A DNA stretch of 64,000 nucleotides from Candidatus Omnitrophota bacterium (GTDB lineage Bacteria; Omnitrophota; Gorgyraeia; Tantalellales; Tantalellaceae): NCBI GenBank assembly GCA_015231405.1, contig JADGBR010000001.1, positions 91,964 through 155,963 of the forward strand. Reading direction: 5' to 3'. This document shows positions 38,123 through 48,376 of this stretch, one piece after another (within the stretch, counting starts at the first letter, position 1; each line of letters starts with the position of its first letter). The notes beneath the pieces are model-generated. The model did no database searches. It had not been told where the DNA came from and saw only the letters and a list, made by a program, of their open reading frames with translations. Position numbers and translations under genes: made by a program.

Positions 38123-38245
38123 GGAACAGAATACAGAATGGAGAATCCAGGATCCAGAATTTGGGATATTTTTAGGAGAGAGTGACCCTGATATAATCCC
38201 GAAAATTATTTTGGATTTTAGCTTCTGGCTTCAGTATTCCAGATT
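38123..38245. repeat. inverted heptamer array (RATCCAG family)
   Basis: GGAACAG AATACAG AATGGAG AATCCAG GATCCAG AATTTGG (38123-38164); TTGGATT TTAGCTT CTGGCTT CAGTATT CCAGATT (38211-38245). Confidence 0.88.
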
Positions 38246-38279
38246 TAAGTACATATATCTCTGTTCAAGGAGTGAGAAA

Positions 38280-39581
38280 ATGCGTTCAGTGAACATAGGG
38301 CTTATAGGCGCCGGTACCATAGGCGGCGGGGTCATAGACCTCATTGACCGTAACGGCAAGCTAATTTTCGACAGGACAGGAATTAAGCTCTTCTTGAAAA
38401 AGGTATGCGATAAAGATACGAAGAGGCTCGCTACTTTCAAGTCATTAAAAAAGTCCCAGTTTACCTCAGATCACAGGGAGATCCTTAACGATAAGGACAT
38501 AGATATCGTTATCGAGCTTATCGGAGGGATCAACCCGGCCAAGGAGATGGTCCTTAAAGCGCTCGGCGCGGGGAAACACGTTGTTACCGCCAATAAAGCC
38601 CTTCTCTCGGATTCATGGGACGAGATCTTCGATACGGCCCTTAAAAACAAGGTATTTGTGAATTTTGAGGCCAGCGTCGGCGGTGCCATTCCGATAATCC
38701 GTTGCCTAAAAGAGAGCTTCGTGACGAATAACCTGGAACTTGTTTACGGCATCCTCAACGGAACGACTAATTTCATACTGACTATGATGGACGAATGCGG
38801 ATATTCGTTCGACGAGGCCCTCAAGATCGCCCAGTCCAAGGGGATAGCCGAAAAGAACCCCGCGCTGGATATTAGCGGCGGAGATTCCGCGCAGAAACTC
38901 GCCATAATCCTTATACTCGGGTTCGGGGTCAAGGTATCGCCTAAAGATATCTTTACCGAAGGTATAGAGAACATAACTCCGCTGGACATTCAGTACGCGA
39001 AAAACTGGGGATATGTGATCAAGCTGTTGGCCATAGCTAAAAGGAAAGCGAAGGAGCTGCAGCTTAGGGTCCATCCTGCGCTTATCCCGGGGCATCATCT
39101 TCTTTCGGGGGTCAAGGGTGAGGATAACGCGGTATTCGTGAGGGGCGATTTTATAGGCGATTCGCTTCTTTACGGCAAAGGCGCCGGAAGCTGGCCGACG
39201 GCAAGTTCCGTTGTCAGCGACGTCGTAGACATAGCCAAACACGTCGTCTCCCATGGGGAAAGATCCCCCGCGACACACATATTGAGAACCCGGCGGGAAA
39301 GTTTCACTTTTCATGAGCACGATTCCTTCGATATCCCATACTATCTCAGGTTTTCCGTCATAGACAAACCGGGAGTTCTTGCGAAAATATCGACGATACT
39401 CGCGAGGAACAATATCAGCATAGAGAGGATGTACCAGGAGGTCAGGAAAGAGGGCCAATCCGTGCCGCTGGTAATGCTCACGCATAACGCCGTTGAAGGC
39501 AATATGAAAAAAGCCATCAGCGAGATCGATAAAATTGATGTCGTGACCGATAAGACAGTGGTCATACGGATAGAGGAGTGA
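38280..39581 (+). CDS. hom: homoserine dehydrogenase with ACT domain
   Basis: GAGTIGGG, VVTANKAL, FEASVGGAIP, GILNGTTNFIL, GKGAG..PTAS, DKPGVLA. Confidence 0.96.
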   Translation: MRSVNIGLIGAGTIGGGVIDLIDRNGKLIFDRTGIKLFLKKVCDKDTKRLATFKSLKKSQFTSDHREILNDKDIDIVIELIGGINPAKEMVLKALGAGKHVVTANKALLSDSWDEIFDTALKNKVFVNFEASVGGAIPIIRCLKESFVTNNLELVYGILNGTTNFILTMMDECGYSFDEALKIAQSKGIAEKNPALDISGGDSAQKLAIILILGFGVKVSPKDIFTEGIENITPLDIQYAKNWGYVIKLLAIAKRKAKELQLRVHPALIPGHHLLSGVKGEDNAVFVRGDFIGDSLLYGKGAGSWPTASSVVSDVVDIAKHVVSHGERSPATHILRTRRESFTFHEHDSFDIPYYLRFSVIDKPGVLAKISTILARNNISIERMYQEVRKEGQSVPLVMLTHNAVEGNMKKAISEIDKIDVVTDKTVVIRIEE

Positions 39582-39687
39582 TCGAGAGGATAGAGAGAAG
39601 GGATCCAGAAGCCTGAATATAGGATCCAGAACACGTAATAATTGAAAGGGCATGAACCGATCACTCCTGGATTCTGGCTTCTGAATT
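39580..39687. repeat. inverted heptamer array (RATCCAG family)
   Basis: GATCGAG AGGATAG AGAGAAG G GATCCAG AAGCCTG AATATAG GATCCAG; CTGGATT CTGGCTT CTGAATT (39667-39687). Confidence 0.8.
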
Positions 39688-39718
39688 TTAACTGGGCTAT
39701 AGGGTCAGAGGGAAATAT

Positions 39719-40783
39719 ATGGGAATAATAGAGCGGTATAGGGAGTTCCTGCCGGTAACTGACAAAACTCCGGTGATCACGTTGGAGGAAGGTTCAACGC
39801 CGCTCATAAAGGCCGATCCTCTTTCGGATATCGTGGGGAAGGGTTATAGGGTTTGGCTGAAATTCGAGGGCCTTAACCCTACCGGGAGTTTTAAGGACAG
39901 GGGCATGACGGTAGCGGTCTCAAAAGCCGTCGAGGAAGGATCAAAGGCCGTAGTTTGCGCTTCTACCGGGAATACTTCGGCCTCCGCCGCAGCTTATTCG
40001 GCGCGGGCGGGAATAAAATGTGTCGTGATAATACCAGATGGCGCTATAGCCCTCGGAAAGCTCGCGCAGGCGCTCATCCATGGCGCTAAGGTCATAGCGG
40101 TAAGGGGTAATTTCGACCAGGCCCTTCTGATAGTCCGGGAAATGAGCGAAAAATATCCGATAACACTGGTTAATTCAGTGAATCCGTACAGGATAGATGG
40201 ACAAAAAACGGGATCTTTCGAGATCTGCGATATCCTCGGAAAAGCCCCCGAATACCATTCACTGCCGGTGGGTAACGCGGGAAATATTACGGCGTATTGG
40301 AAAGGGTACAAAGAATACCGCGAAAGAGGAAAGTCCCGGTCATTGCCCGTCATGATGGGCTTTCAGGCCGCTGGATCCGCACCTATCGTGGAGAAAAGGA
40401 TAATAAAAAAACCGGAGACAATAGCTACCGCGATAAAGATCGGTAACCCGGCCAGCTGGAAAACCGCCGAAGAGGCCAGGGATCAGTCAGGAGGGATCAT
40501 CGACAAGGTCACGGATGATGAGATACTTGAGGCTTATAAATTTCTGGCCGATAGGGTCGGGGTATTTGCCGAGCCGGCTTCGGCCGCAAGCGTAGCCGGT
40601 ATCATAAGAAAAGCCAGGGAAGGCTATTTTCCGGCAAATAGTGACCCTGACAATAAAAAAGATATAGTTTGCGTTTTGACAGGGCACGGGCTCAAAGACC
40701 CGGACAGGGCGATAAAATGCCTTGAGACCCCGGTAGCGGTTGACCCGGACCTGAAAGAGATAATTAAAAAGGCTGGGCTTTAG
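39719..40783 (+). CDS. thrC: threonine synthase
   Basis: EGLNPTGSFKDRGM, CASTGNTSAS, PVGNAGN, EPASAAS, LTGHGLKD. Confidence 0.97.
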   Translation: MGIIERYREFLPVTDKTPVITLEEGSTPLIKADPLSDIVGKGYRVWLKFEGLNPTGSFKDRGMTVAVSKAVEEGSKAVVCASTGNTSASAAAYSARAGIKCVVIIPDGAIALGKLAQALIHGAKVIAVRGNFDQALLIVREMSEKYPITLVNSVNPYRIDGQKTGSFEICDILGKAPEYHSLPVGNAGNITAYWKGYKEYRERGKSRSLPVMMGFQAAGSAPIVEKRIIKKPETIATAIKIGNPASWKTAEEARDQSGGIIDKVTDDEILEAYKFLADRVGVFAEPASAASVAGIIRKAREGYFPANSDPDNKKDIVCVLTGHGLKDPDRAIKCLETPVAVDPDLKEIIKKAGL

Positions 40784-40786
40784 AAT

Positions 40787-41986
40787 ATGAAATACATTAT
40801 CCTGGTTCCGGACGGCATGGCCGGAGAACCGCTCGATGAGCTGGCAGGCCGTACATGTTTGGAGGCCGCCGATAAACCCAATATGGACCGGATCGCCAGG
40901 AGCGGCATCGTCGGCATGACATGGAATGTTCCCGAGAAAATGACGCCGGCGAGCGATGTGGCAACTCTTTCTATACTGGGTTACGACCCCGCAAAATATT
41001 ATTGCGGGAGAGGCCCGCTTGAAGCGGCGAATATGGGCATTGAGCTTGGGCCATCGAGTGTGGCTTTCAGGTTCAACTGGGTGACGTCGGATGGCGGAGT
41101 TATGGCCGATTACAGCGCCGGGCACATCTCTACAGGCGAGGGCATGGTTCTCGCCGAGCGGCTTTCAAAAGAGTTAGGGAGCGACAGGTTCAAATTCTAT
41201 CCCGGATTCAGTTATAGGAACATCATGGTCATGAATTGCAAGAATAAGGAAGAGGCGTCTAAGATATCGAAATTGAGGTGTTATCCTCCTCACGATATCA
41301 TGGACAGGCCGATAGATAAGCATTTCCCGGATAACCAGGAACTGTCAGGCCTGATAAAGCAGAGCGGGGAGGTACTGAAGAACCACGAAATAAATAAGGT
41401 AAGGATAGACCTGGGACAGAACCCGGCTAACATGATCTGGCTGTGGGGGCAGGGTAGAACACCTGATATGCCCAAATTCAAGGACGCTTATGGTTTGACA
41501 GGAGGGATCATATCCGCCGTGGATCTTATCAAGGGGATGGGGAAGATCCTTGGGCTTAGCGTCATTGATGTACCCGGAGCAACTGGTTATTACGATACCA
41601 ACTACGAAGGAAAAGCCGACGCGGCCCTGGAAGTGCTTAAGGATAAGGATTTCGTTTTTGTGCACGTTGAAGCGCCGGACGAGGCGGGCCATAACGGGGA
41701 CATACGTGCGAAGATCACGGCCATAGAGAATTTTGATTCAAGGCTTGTCGCGAGGATAATGAAAGGGGTCAGCGGACGTTATCCCTATAAGGTAATGGTA
41801 CTTCCCGACCATCCGACGCCGATCAAGAGGAGGACACATACCGCGGACCCTGTGCCTTTCGCGATAGCCGGCGAAGGTATCCAGCCCGACGGGGTAAGTG
41901 TTTTTACGGAAGCCGCGGCCAAGGCGGGTAGCATTGATGAGAAGAACGGCTATAAGCTCATGAAATTTTTTCTTAACACCAAATAA
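40787..41986 (+). CDS. apgM: cofactor-independent phosphoglycerate mutase-like (ApgM family; proposed homoserine phosphotransferase)
   Basis: DGMA, SDVA, GRGPLEAA, HVEAPDEAGHNG, PDHPTP, THT. Confidence 0.88.
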   Translation: MKYIILVPDGMAGEPLDELAGRTCLEAADKPNMDRIARSGIVGMTWNVPEKMTPASDVATLSILGYDPAKYYCGRGPLEAANMGIELGPSSVAFRFNWVTSDGGVMADYSAGHISTGEGMVLAERLSKELGSDRFKFYPGFSYRNIMVMNCKNKEEASKISKLRCYPPHDIMDRPIDKHFPDNQELSGLIKQSGEVLKNHEINKVRIDLGQNPANMIWLWGQGRTPDMPKFKDAYGLTGGIISAVDLIKGMGKILGLSVIDVPGATGYYDTNYEGKADAALEVLKDKDFVFVHVEAPDEAGHNGDIRAKITAIENFDSRLVARIMKGVSGRYPYKVMVLPDHPTPIKRRTHTADPVPFAIAGEGIQPDGVSVFTEAAAKAGSIDEKNGYKLMKFFLNTK

Positions 41987-42001
41987 GAGGGGTGACGGCA
42001 G

Positions 42002-43231
42002 ATGAGTAAGAAAGATATAATTGTCCAGAAGTTCGGGGGAACAAGTGTGGCCACTCCGGAGAGGATAAAGAACGTGGCGAAAAAAGTTTCGGCATGTAAG
42101 AGGAAGGGATACGATGTAGTGGTGGTAGTGTCGGCCCTTGGCGAAACGACAGATGAGCTTATTAAGCTTGCGGATCAGATAGATACCGACCCGTCGGAAA
42201 GGGAGATGGACATGCTCCTTTCCACGGGTGAGCAGATATCGGTGGCTCTTTTGGCCATGGCGCTTCACAAAATAGGCGAGGAAGCCATTTCTTTTACGGG
42301 GGCTCAGGTCGGCATAATGACCGACACCAGCCATACTAAAGCGAGGATACTGGATATATCGACCGAACGCATTAAGAAAGAACTTGGAAAAGGAAAGATC
42401 GTAATAGTGGCGGGGTTCCAGGGGATAAGCCTCCATCATGAGATCACTACACTCGGCCGCGGCGGGTCGGATATGACAGCCGTCGCTTTGGCTAAAGTTC
42501 TTAAGGCTAAAATGTGCGAGATATACACTGACGTTAAAGGAATATATACCGCCGATCCCAGGATAGTCGGGAACGCGAGAAAACTCGACACTATATGCTA
42601 CGACGAGATGCTCGAGCTCGCGTCTTTGGGCGCTCAGGTCATGCAGGCGAGGAGCATGGAAGTCGCCTCGAAGTTCAATGTGCCTATACATGTGAGGTCA
42701 AGTTTTTCTGATGATAACGGAACTATTATCGGCAAGGAGGATAAGAAAATGGAAGAAGTACTGGTTAGAGGCGTTACCGTAAATAAAGGCGAGGCGAGGG
42801 TCATAGTTTCAGGCGTTCCCGATAAGCCGGGGGAAGCGAGCCGGTTGTTCGAGTATCTGGCCAAAGAGAACATCAACGTGGACATGATAATCCAGAATAA
42901 ATCCACTTCCGGGACGACCGATATCACTTTTACGGCACCGGAGTCATCGTTGGCCAGGACCCAGAAAGTTGTGGACAAGGCCTCTAAAGAGATGGGTTCC
43001 GCTGAAGTTAAATACGACAAAGATATCGCGAAACTTTCGGTTGTCGGCATCGGTATGCGCAGCCACGCGGGCGTCGCCGCGAAAATGTTCAAATGTCTCG
43101 CCTCGAAAAAGATAAATATCGAGATGATATCGACCAGCGAGATAAAGATATCCTGCGTAATAAAGAGGAAGGACGCCGATGAGGCTGTAAAGGCCCTTCA
43201 TAAAGCCTTTGGGCTGGACAAGGTCCGTTAA
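42002..43231 (+). CDS. lysC: aspartate kinase
   Basis: VQKFGGTSV, TTLGRGGSD, YTDV, two ACT domains, ISTSEIKIS. Confidence 0.96.
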   Translation: MSKKDIIVQKFGGTSVATPERIKNVAKKVSACKRKGYDVVVVVSALGETTDELIKLADQIDTDPSEREMDMLLSTGEQISVALLAMALHKIGEEAISFTGAQVGIMTDTSHTKARILDISTERIKKELGKGKIVIVAGFQGISLHHEITTLGRGGSDMTAVALAKVLKAKMCEIYTDVKGIYTADPRIVGNARKLDTICYDEMLELASLGAQVMQARSMEVASKFNVPIHVRSSFSDDNGTIIGKEDKKMEEVLVRGVTVNKGEARVIVSGVPDKPGEASRLFEYLAKENINVDMIIQNKSTSGTTDITFTAPESSLARTQKVVDKASKEMGSAEVKYDKDIAKLSVVGIGMRSHAGVAAKMFKCLASKKINIEMISTSEIKISCVIKRKDADEAVKALHKAFGLDKVR

Positions 43232-43245
43232 AAAAGGCGGTTCGC

Positions 43246-44868
43246 ATGAGGAAGATATTCATATACGACACGACTCTCCGTGACGGAGCGCAGTTCGAGG
43301 GGATATCTTTTACCGTCCAGGATAAACTTCGGATCTGCGAAAAACTCGACTCCCTGGGTATTGATTTCATAGAAGGCGGATGGCCGGGCGCCAATCCCAA
43401 GGAAAGCGAATTTTTCGAGGTAGCCTCAAAACAGCTAAAACTGAAAAGGTCAAAGCTTGTCGCCTTCGGGAGCACCCGGCGAGTTGACTCCAAGGTCGCA
43501 AAAGATGCCATAGTAAACGCTCTTTTGAAAGCTGGGACGGAATATGTCACTATTTTCGGTAAGACCTGGGACCTCCATGTGAAAGAGGTCCTCAGGACCT
43601 CTGAGAAAGAGAATCTCAAAATGATAAGCGATACCGTTTCTTTTCTCTCTGGGAAAGGAAGGAATGTCATTTATGACGCCGAGCATTTTTTTGACGGTTA
43701 CGAGAATAACCCCGTATATGCGGTGGAAACCCTCAAGGCGGCTTTCGACGCAGGGGCCGAAACCCTTGTGCTTTGCGATACTAACGGCGGGACTTTGACG
43801 GGAAGGGTATATGAGATAGTTGAGGAAGTTAAGGGAAAGATACACGCTCCGCTCGGGATACATACACATAACGACGCCGAGATGGCCGTCGCCAATTCGA
43901 TAGCGGCTGTCGAGGCCGGTTGCGTTCAGGTGCAGGGAACTTTTAACGGCTATGGCGAAAGGTGCGGTAACGCGAATCTTGTATCTATCGTTCCTGCGCT
44001 ACGCTTCAAGCTTGGATACGATTGCCTGTCGGATCTTGCCCTCATGGAGTTTACCGAGGCCTCCAAATATATAGCTGAGACCGCTAACATGAAACACCAT
44101 GACTCCCAGCCTTACGTCGGCTCTAGCGCTTTCGCCCACAAAGCCGGCGTTCACATAAACGCGATGATGAAGGATCCGAGGAGCTACGAACATATGGATC
44201 CGTCTAAGACCGGGAATAAAAGGCGTATACTCATTTCCGAACTTTCGGGCAGGTCAAGCATAGTCAAGAAAGCCGGTGAGATGGGGATCATGATGGACCA
44301 GGGTTCGCCTGAAGCGATGAAAATACTCAACCAGGTCCAGGATATGGAAAAGGAAGGATACCAGTTCGAGCTGGCGGAAGCTTCGCTTATGCTTCTTATG
44401 AAAAGGGCTTCGTCCTTCTCTCAAACATTTTTTTCGATAGATGACCTCAGGGTCATAGTCGAGAAAAGGTTCGGCGGGAATATCGTTTCCGAGGCTACGG
44501 TGAAGGTCAGGGTCGGAGATGTTGAAAGGCATACGGTTTCGATGGGTGACGGCCCGGTCCACGCGATGGACCAGGCGCTCAGGAAATCGCTGGTCGACTA
44601 TTACCCTCATCTCAAAAAAATGCATCTCTCTGATTTTAGGGTGAGGGTGCTCGATGAGAGATCGGGAACCGCAGCCAAGGTCCGGGTGCTAATACAGAGC
44701 CAGGATGAACAGGACTCGTGGTGGACGGTGGGCGTATCGGAAAATATAATCGAGGCCAGCTGGAAAGCCATTCTGGATTCCATTGAATACAAACTGCTTA
44801 AGGACATGCCCGCGGGAAAGGATAAAAAGGCCTCAAAACAAAAGAACACTTCCGGCCGGGCGAGATAA
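43246..44868 (+). CDS. cimA: citramalate synthase
   Basis: YDTTLRDGAQ, IEGGWPGANP, DAEHFFDG, GYGERCGNANL, AHKAGVH, GVSENIIEASW. Confidence 0.92.
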   Translation: MRKIFIYDTTLRDGAQFEGISFTVQDKLRICEKLDSLGIDFIEGGWPGANPKESEFFEVASKQLKLKRSKLVAFGSTRRVDSKVAKDAIVNALLKAGTEYVTIFGKTWDLHVKEVLRTSEKENLKMISDTVSFLSGKGRNVIYDAEHFFDGYENNPVYAVETLKAAFDAGAETLVLCDTNGGTLTGRVYEIVEEVKGKIHAPLGIHTHNDAEMAVANSIAAVEAGCVQVQGTFNGYGERCGNANLVSIVPALRFKLGYDCLSDLALMEFTEASKYIAETANMKHHDSQPYVGSSAFAHKAGVHINAMMKDPRSYEHMDPSKTGNKRRILISELSGRSSIVKKAGEMGIMMDQGSPEAMKILNQVQDMEKEGYQFELAEASLMLLMKRASSFSQTFFSIDDLRVIVEKRFGGNIVSEATVKVRVGDVERHTVSMGDGPVHAMDQALRKSLVDYYPHLKKMHLSDFRVRVLDERSGTAAKVRVLIQSQDEQDSWWTVGVSENIIEASWKAILDSIEYKLLKDMPAGKDKKASKQKNTSGRAR

Positions 44869-44873
44869 CCACT

Positions 44874-47567
44874 ATGTCAAATATCATACCGACCAGGTAC
44901 GAGCCTAAAGAGATCGAGGAGAGGATCTACGCTGAGTGGGAGGAGAAAAAGCTCTTTCGCGCCGACGAGAGCTCCCAAAAAAGCGCGTATTCGATAGTCA
45001 TCCCGCCGCCTAATGTTACCGGCGTCCTCCATATGGGCCACGCGCTCAACAACACCATCCAGGACATTCTCGTCCGATGGAAGCGGATGCAGGGGTACGA
45101 TACTCTCTGGCTCCCAGGGACGGACCACGCCGGGATAGCTACGCAGAACGTGGTTGAAAGAGCTCTCGCCAAAGAGAAGAGAACCAGGGCGGACATGGGG
45201 CGGGATAAATTTCTTGAACGGGTGTGGCAGTGGAAGGAAGAATACGGCGGGACCATAATCCATCAGCTCAAACGCCTGGGATGTTCCTGTGACTGGACGA
45301 GGACCAGGTTCACGATGGATAAGGGTCTTTCCGAAGCGGTCATGGAAGTTTTTAAAAGGTTGTTCGAGGACAGGCTGCTTTACAAGGGAGATTATATCAT
45401 AAACTGGTGCCCGCGCTGCGGGACAGCGCTTTCCGATGAGGAAGCGGAACACAGGGACCTGTCCGGGAAATTATATTACATCAAGTACCAGGTCGAAGGC
45501 GCCTTGAAGCTCGAAATAGAGAACAAGGATTACATAGTGGTCGCGACAACGCGTCCGGAAACTCTTCTCGGGGACGTCGCCGTCGCCGTTAATCCGGACG
45601 ACGAAAGGTATTCATGGCTCGAAGGGAAGAAGGTCATCCTACCCATCCTCAAACGCAGACTCGACGTCATTTTTGATAAGGAGGTCGACCCATCTTTCGG
45701 GACTGGAGCGCTGAAAGTGACCCCCGCGCATGACCCCGTTGATTTCGCCCTCGCGGTGAAACATGATCTAAAGCCCATAAACGCGATGAATAACGACGGT
45801 ACGATCAACGAGAACGGCGGAGAATACCAGGGGTTAGACAGGTTCGAGGCCAGAGAAGCTATAGTCGAGGAGTTGAAGCAGCGGCATCAGTTCGTAAAAA
45901 TGGAAGATCACGATCATTCGGTCGGGCATTGCTACAGATGTCATACGGTTGTTGAACCGAGGCTCTCAAAGCAGTGGTTCGTGAGGATGAAACCACTTGC
46001 GGTCGAGGGCATACAGGTCGTTAACGAGGGGAAGATCAGGTTCCATCCCGAGAGATGGACGAAAGTATATCTTAACTGGATGGAGAATATCCGCGACTGG
46101 TGCGTTTCACGCCAGATCTGGTGGGGTCATAGGATCCCGGTATGGTACTGCGTTGATTGCCTCGGTGGAAAGTCTCCCAGGGATGTCGAGGTGGACGGGC
46201 CGGGCGTTACGGGCGTTTTTCTCGTGACCGGGGAAGAGAAAACGACGAAATGCCCGTTCTGCGGCGGTGGTAACACCGCACAGGACCCGGACGTTCTTGA
46301 CACATGGTTCAGCTCTTGGTTATGGCCGTTCTCAACGATGGGTTGGCCCAGGGAGACCGCGGAACTCACGAAATTCTATCCGACCGACGCGCTGGTCACA
46401 GCCCAGGAGATCATATTTTTCTGGGTAGCCAGGATGATAATGGCTGGGCTCAAATTCCGCGAAGATATTCCTTTCAGGGATGTATACATACACGGTACGG
46501 TGAGGGATTCAACCGGCACCAAAATGTCAAAATCGCTCGGGAACGTCATTGATCCGCTGGAAGTCATACAGGAAGTTGGGGCCGACGCGTTAAGGTACAG
46601 CATAATCTCGATCACCTCCCAGGGGCAGGACGTGTTCCTTTCGAAGGACAAATTTGAGTTCGGGCGTAACTTCGCGAATAAATTGTGGAACGCGTCGCGT
46701 TACGTGATGATGAATATGGAGGATCACGTTCCCGGTAAGGCATCCGCGGGGAACGATCTTGCGGGAAAATGGATAATGAGCGCTTATAATCAGGCTGTGG
46801 ACGATGTCCAGAAAAGTCTTGTCGCGTTCAGGTTCAACGACGCGGCGTCAGCTCTGTATGAGTTCGTCTGGCACAAATATTGCGACTGGTATCTCGAGCT
46901 TTCCAAGCTTTCTGAGGATAAGGTTGTTACGCGTGAAATACTAATAACCGTTCTGGACGGGATACTCCGACTTATGCATCCTTTCATGCCATTTATTACC
47001 GAGGAGATATGGCAGAAGTTGCCATCAAAGAACGGTGAGTTCCTCATGACCTCCGGTTGGCCGGTTTTTGACGAAACGTCCGTCGACCTCGTGGCTACTA
47101 ATAGCATGGAAGCTCTCATAGCTATGATCACGGCGGTACGCAATATAAGGTCTTTCTGGAATATAGAGCCTAAAGTATCGGTTGATGTCGTTTTTAAAGT
47201 AGAAAATAAGCGGGATGCGGCCCTTATCTCGGAAAATTCGGTGTATGTCGAAAAATTAGGGAGATGTTCGATCAAGGAAATCAGCGAAAAGGCCGCCCGT
47301 CCCGGCAAGTCGGTCTCTTCTCTGGTCAACAGGATAAAGGTCTTTGTCCTTCTCGGGGACGCCATTGATCTTGAAAAAGAGGGAAAACGCATATCCGACA
47401 GGATAGAAGAGCTCCAGAATTATCTTATCACTTTGGAAAAGAAACTTGATAACAAGGATTTCGTTTCGAGGGCGCCAGCCGAGATAGTCGAGAAGGAAAA
47501 ATCCAAAAAGGAAAAATTTACGCGCGAGGTCAGGACTCTTAAGGAGAACCTTGAGGCGATCAAATAA
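44874..47567 (+). CDS. valS: valine--tRNA ligase
   Basis: PPPNVTGVLHMGHA, DHAGIATQ, SRQIWWGH, KMSKS, C-terminal coiled coil. Confidence 0.98.
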   Translation: MSNIIPTRYEPKEIEERIYAEWEEKKLFRADESSQKSAYSIVIPPPNVTGVLHMGHALNNTIQDILVRWKRMQGYDTLWLPGTDHAGIATQNVVERALAKEKRTRADMGRDKFLERVWQWKEEYGGTIIHQLKRLGCSCDWTRTRFTMDKGLSEAVMEVFKRLFEDRLLYKGDYIINWCPRCGTALSDEEAEHRDLSGKLYYIKYQVEGALKLEIENKDYIVVATTRPETLLGDVAVAVNPDDERYSWLEGKKVILPILKRRLDVIFDKEVDPSFGTGALKVTPAHDPVDFALAVKHDLKPINAMNNDGTINENGGEYQGLDRFEAREAIVEELKQRHQFVKMEDHDHSVGHCYRCHTVVEPRLSKQWFVRMKPLAVEGIQVVNEGKIRFHPERWTKVYLNWMENIRDWCVSRQIWWGHRIPVWYCVDCLGGKSPRDVEVDGPGVTGVFLVTGEEKTTKCPFCGGGNTAQDPDVLDTWFSSWLWPFSTMGWPRETAELTKFYPTDALVTAQEIIFFWVARMIMAGLKFREDIPFRDVYIHGTVRDSTGTKMSKSLGNVIDPLEVIQEVGADALRYSIISITSQGQDVFLSKDKFEFGRNFANKLWNASRYVMMNMEDHVPGKASAGNDLAGKWIMSAYNQAVDDVQKSLVAFRFNDAASALYEFVWHKYCDWYLELSKLSEDKVVTREILITVLDGILRLMHPFMPFITEEIWQKLPSKNGEFLMTSGWPVFDETSVDLVATNSMEALIAMITAVRNIRSFWNIEPKVSVDVVFKVENKRDAALISENSVYVEKLGRCSIKEISEKAARPGKSVSSLVNRIKVFVLLGDAIDLEKEGKRISDRIEELQNYLITLEKKLDNKDFVSRAPAEIVEKEKSKKEKFTREVRTLKENLEAIK

Positions 47568-47584
47568 TAGAAAATAAGAAACGA

Positions 47585-47626
47585 AATAAAGAATCAAGCA
47601 TCCAGAATTAAGGATCCAGAATATGG
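47585..47626. repeat. solo left-arm heptamer array (RATCCAG family)
   Basis: AATAAAG AATCAAG CATCCAG AATTAAG GATCCAG AATATGG; the last unit contains the downstream ATG. Confidence 0.7.
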
Positions 47627-48363
47627 ATAACAAATCTGAGAAGAGGAGATTGCAGAGCGTTCTTTCACATGCCGGAGTTTGCAGCCGCAGGGCTGCCTCC
47701 GGTATCATAGAATCCGGCAGGGTAAAAGTGGACGGCAGTACGGTACGGGACAAGGGGGCGAGGGTCGATCCGTCGGTGAGCGAGATACTTCTGGATGATA
47801 AGCCTGTTTTTTCGGCCGAAAAAAAACATTACTACCTTTTTAATAAACCGCTGAACGTTATATCGACCGTTAGCGACACTCACGACAGGAGAAAAATAAC
47901 GGATTTTTTTTCGTCTGTGAAAGCGAGGCTTTACCCTGTAGGGAGACTGGATAAGGACACGACCGGTCTTATTATTGTGACCAATGACGGCGAGCTTTGT
48001 CACAGGTTATCCCATCCAAGTTTTGAGGTAGAGAAAGAATATATGGTCACCGTTTCGGGTAGCGTTCCAGGGGCGCGAGCGAAGGAGATGGAAGGCGGGG
48101 TGGTCATCGACGGCGAAAAGACTTATCCTTGTCGGATCGATATTACGGAAAAAGGCGATAAATATACCGTTTTAACGGTTAAATTGCATGAGGGCCGAAA
48201 AAGACAGATCAGGAAAATGTTCGCCGCTTCCGGCTTCAGGGTGAGGGATCTTGAGAGGATAAAATACGCGGGGCTTACCATAGACGGCCTTAAAAGCGGC
48301 GAATACAGAGCCCTCTCGCATGCGGAGGTCGAAAAGCTTTTCAAATTGACCGGAAGAAGATGA
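47623..48363 (+). CDS. rRNA pseudouridine synthase (RluB/RsuA family)
   Basis: S4 domain (AGVCSRR), NKP, PVGRLDKDTTGL, EGRKRQIRKM. Confidence 0.93.
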   Translation: MDNKSEKRRLQSVLSHAGVCSRRAASGIIESGRVKVDGSTVRDKGARVDPSVSEILLDDKPVFSAEKKHYYLFNKPLNVISTVSDTHDRRKITDFFSSVKARLYPVGRLDKDTTGLIIVTNDGELCHRLSHPSFEVEKEYMVTVSGSVPGARAKEMEGGVVIDGEKTYPCRIDITEKGDKYTVLTVKLHEGRKRQIRKMFAASGFRVRDLERIKYAGLTIDGLKSGEYRALSHAEVEKLFKLTGRR

Positions 48364-48376
48364 AGGGGATAAAGTT

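Noticed and set aside
506-38279. Extended N-termini in the ORF track (etfB 506, hisH 13536, hisI 15695, trpG 17734, pgm 26478, hom 38211)
   Set aside because: The extensions are translations of heptamer arrays or REPs; homology begins at the downstream ATGs
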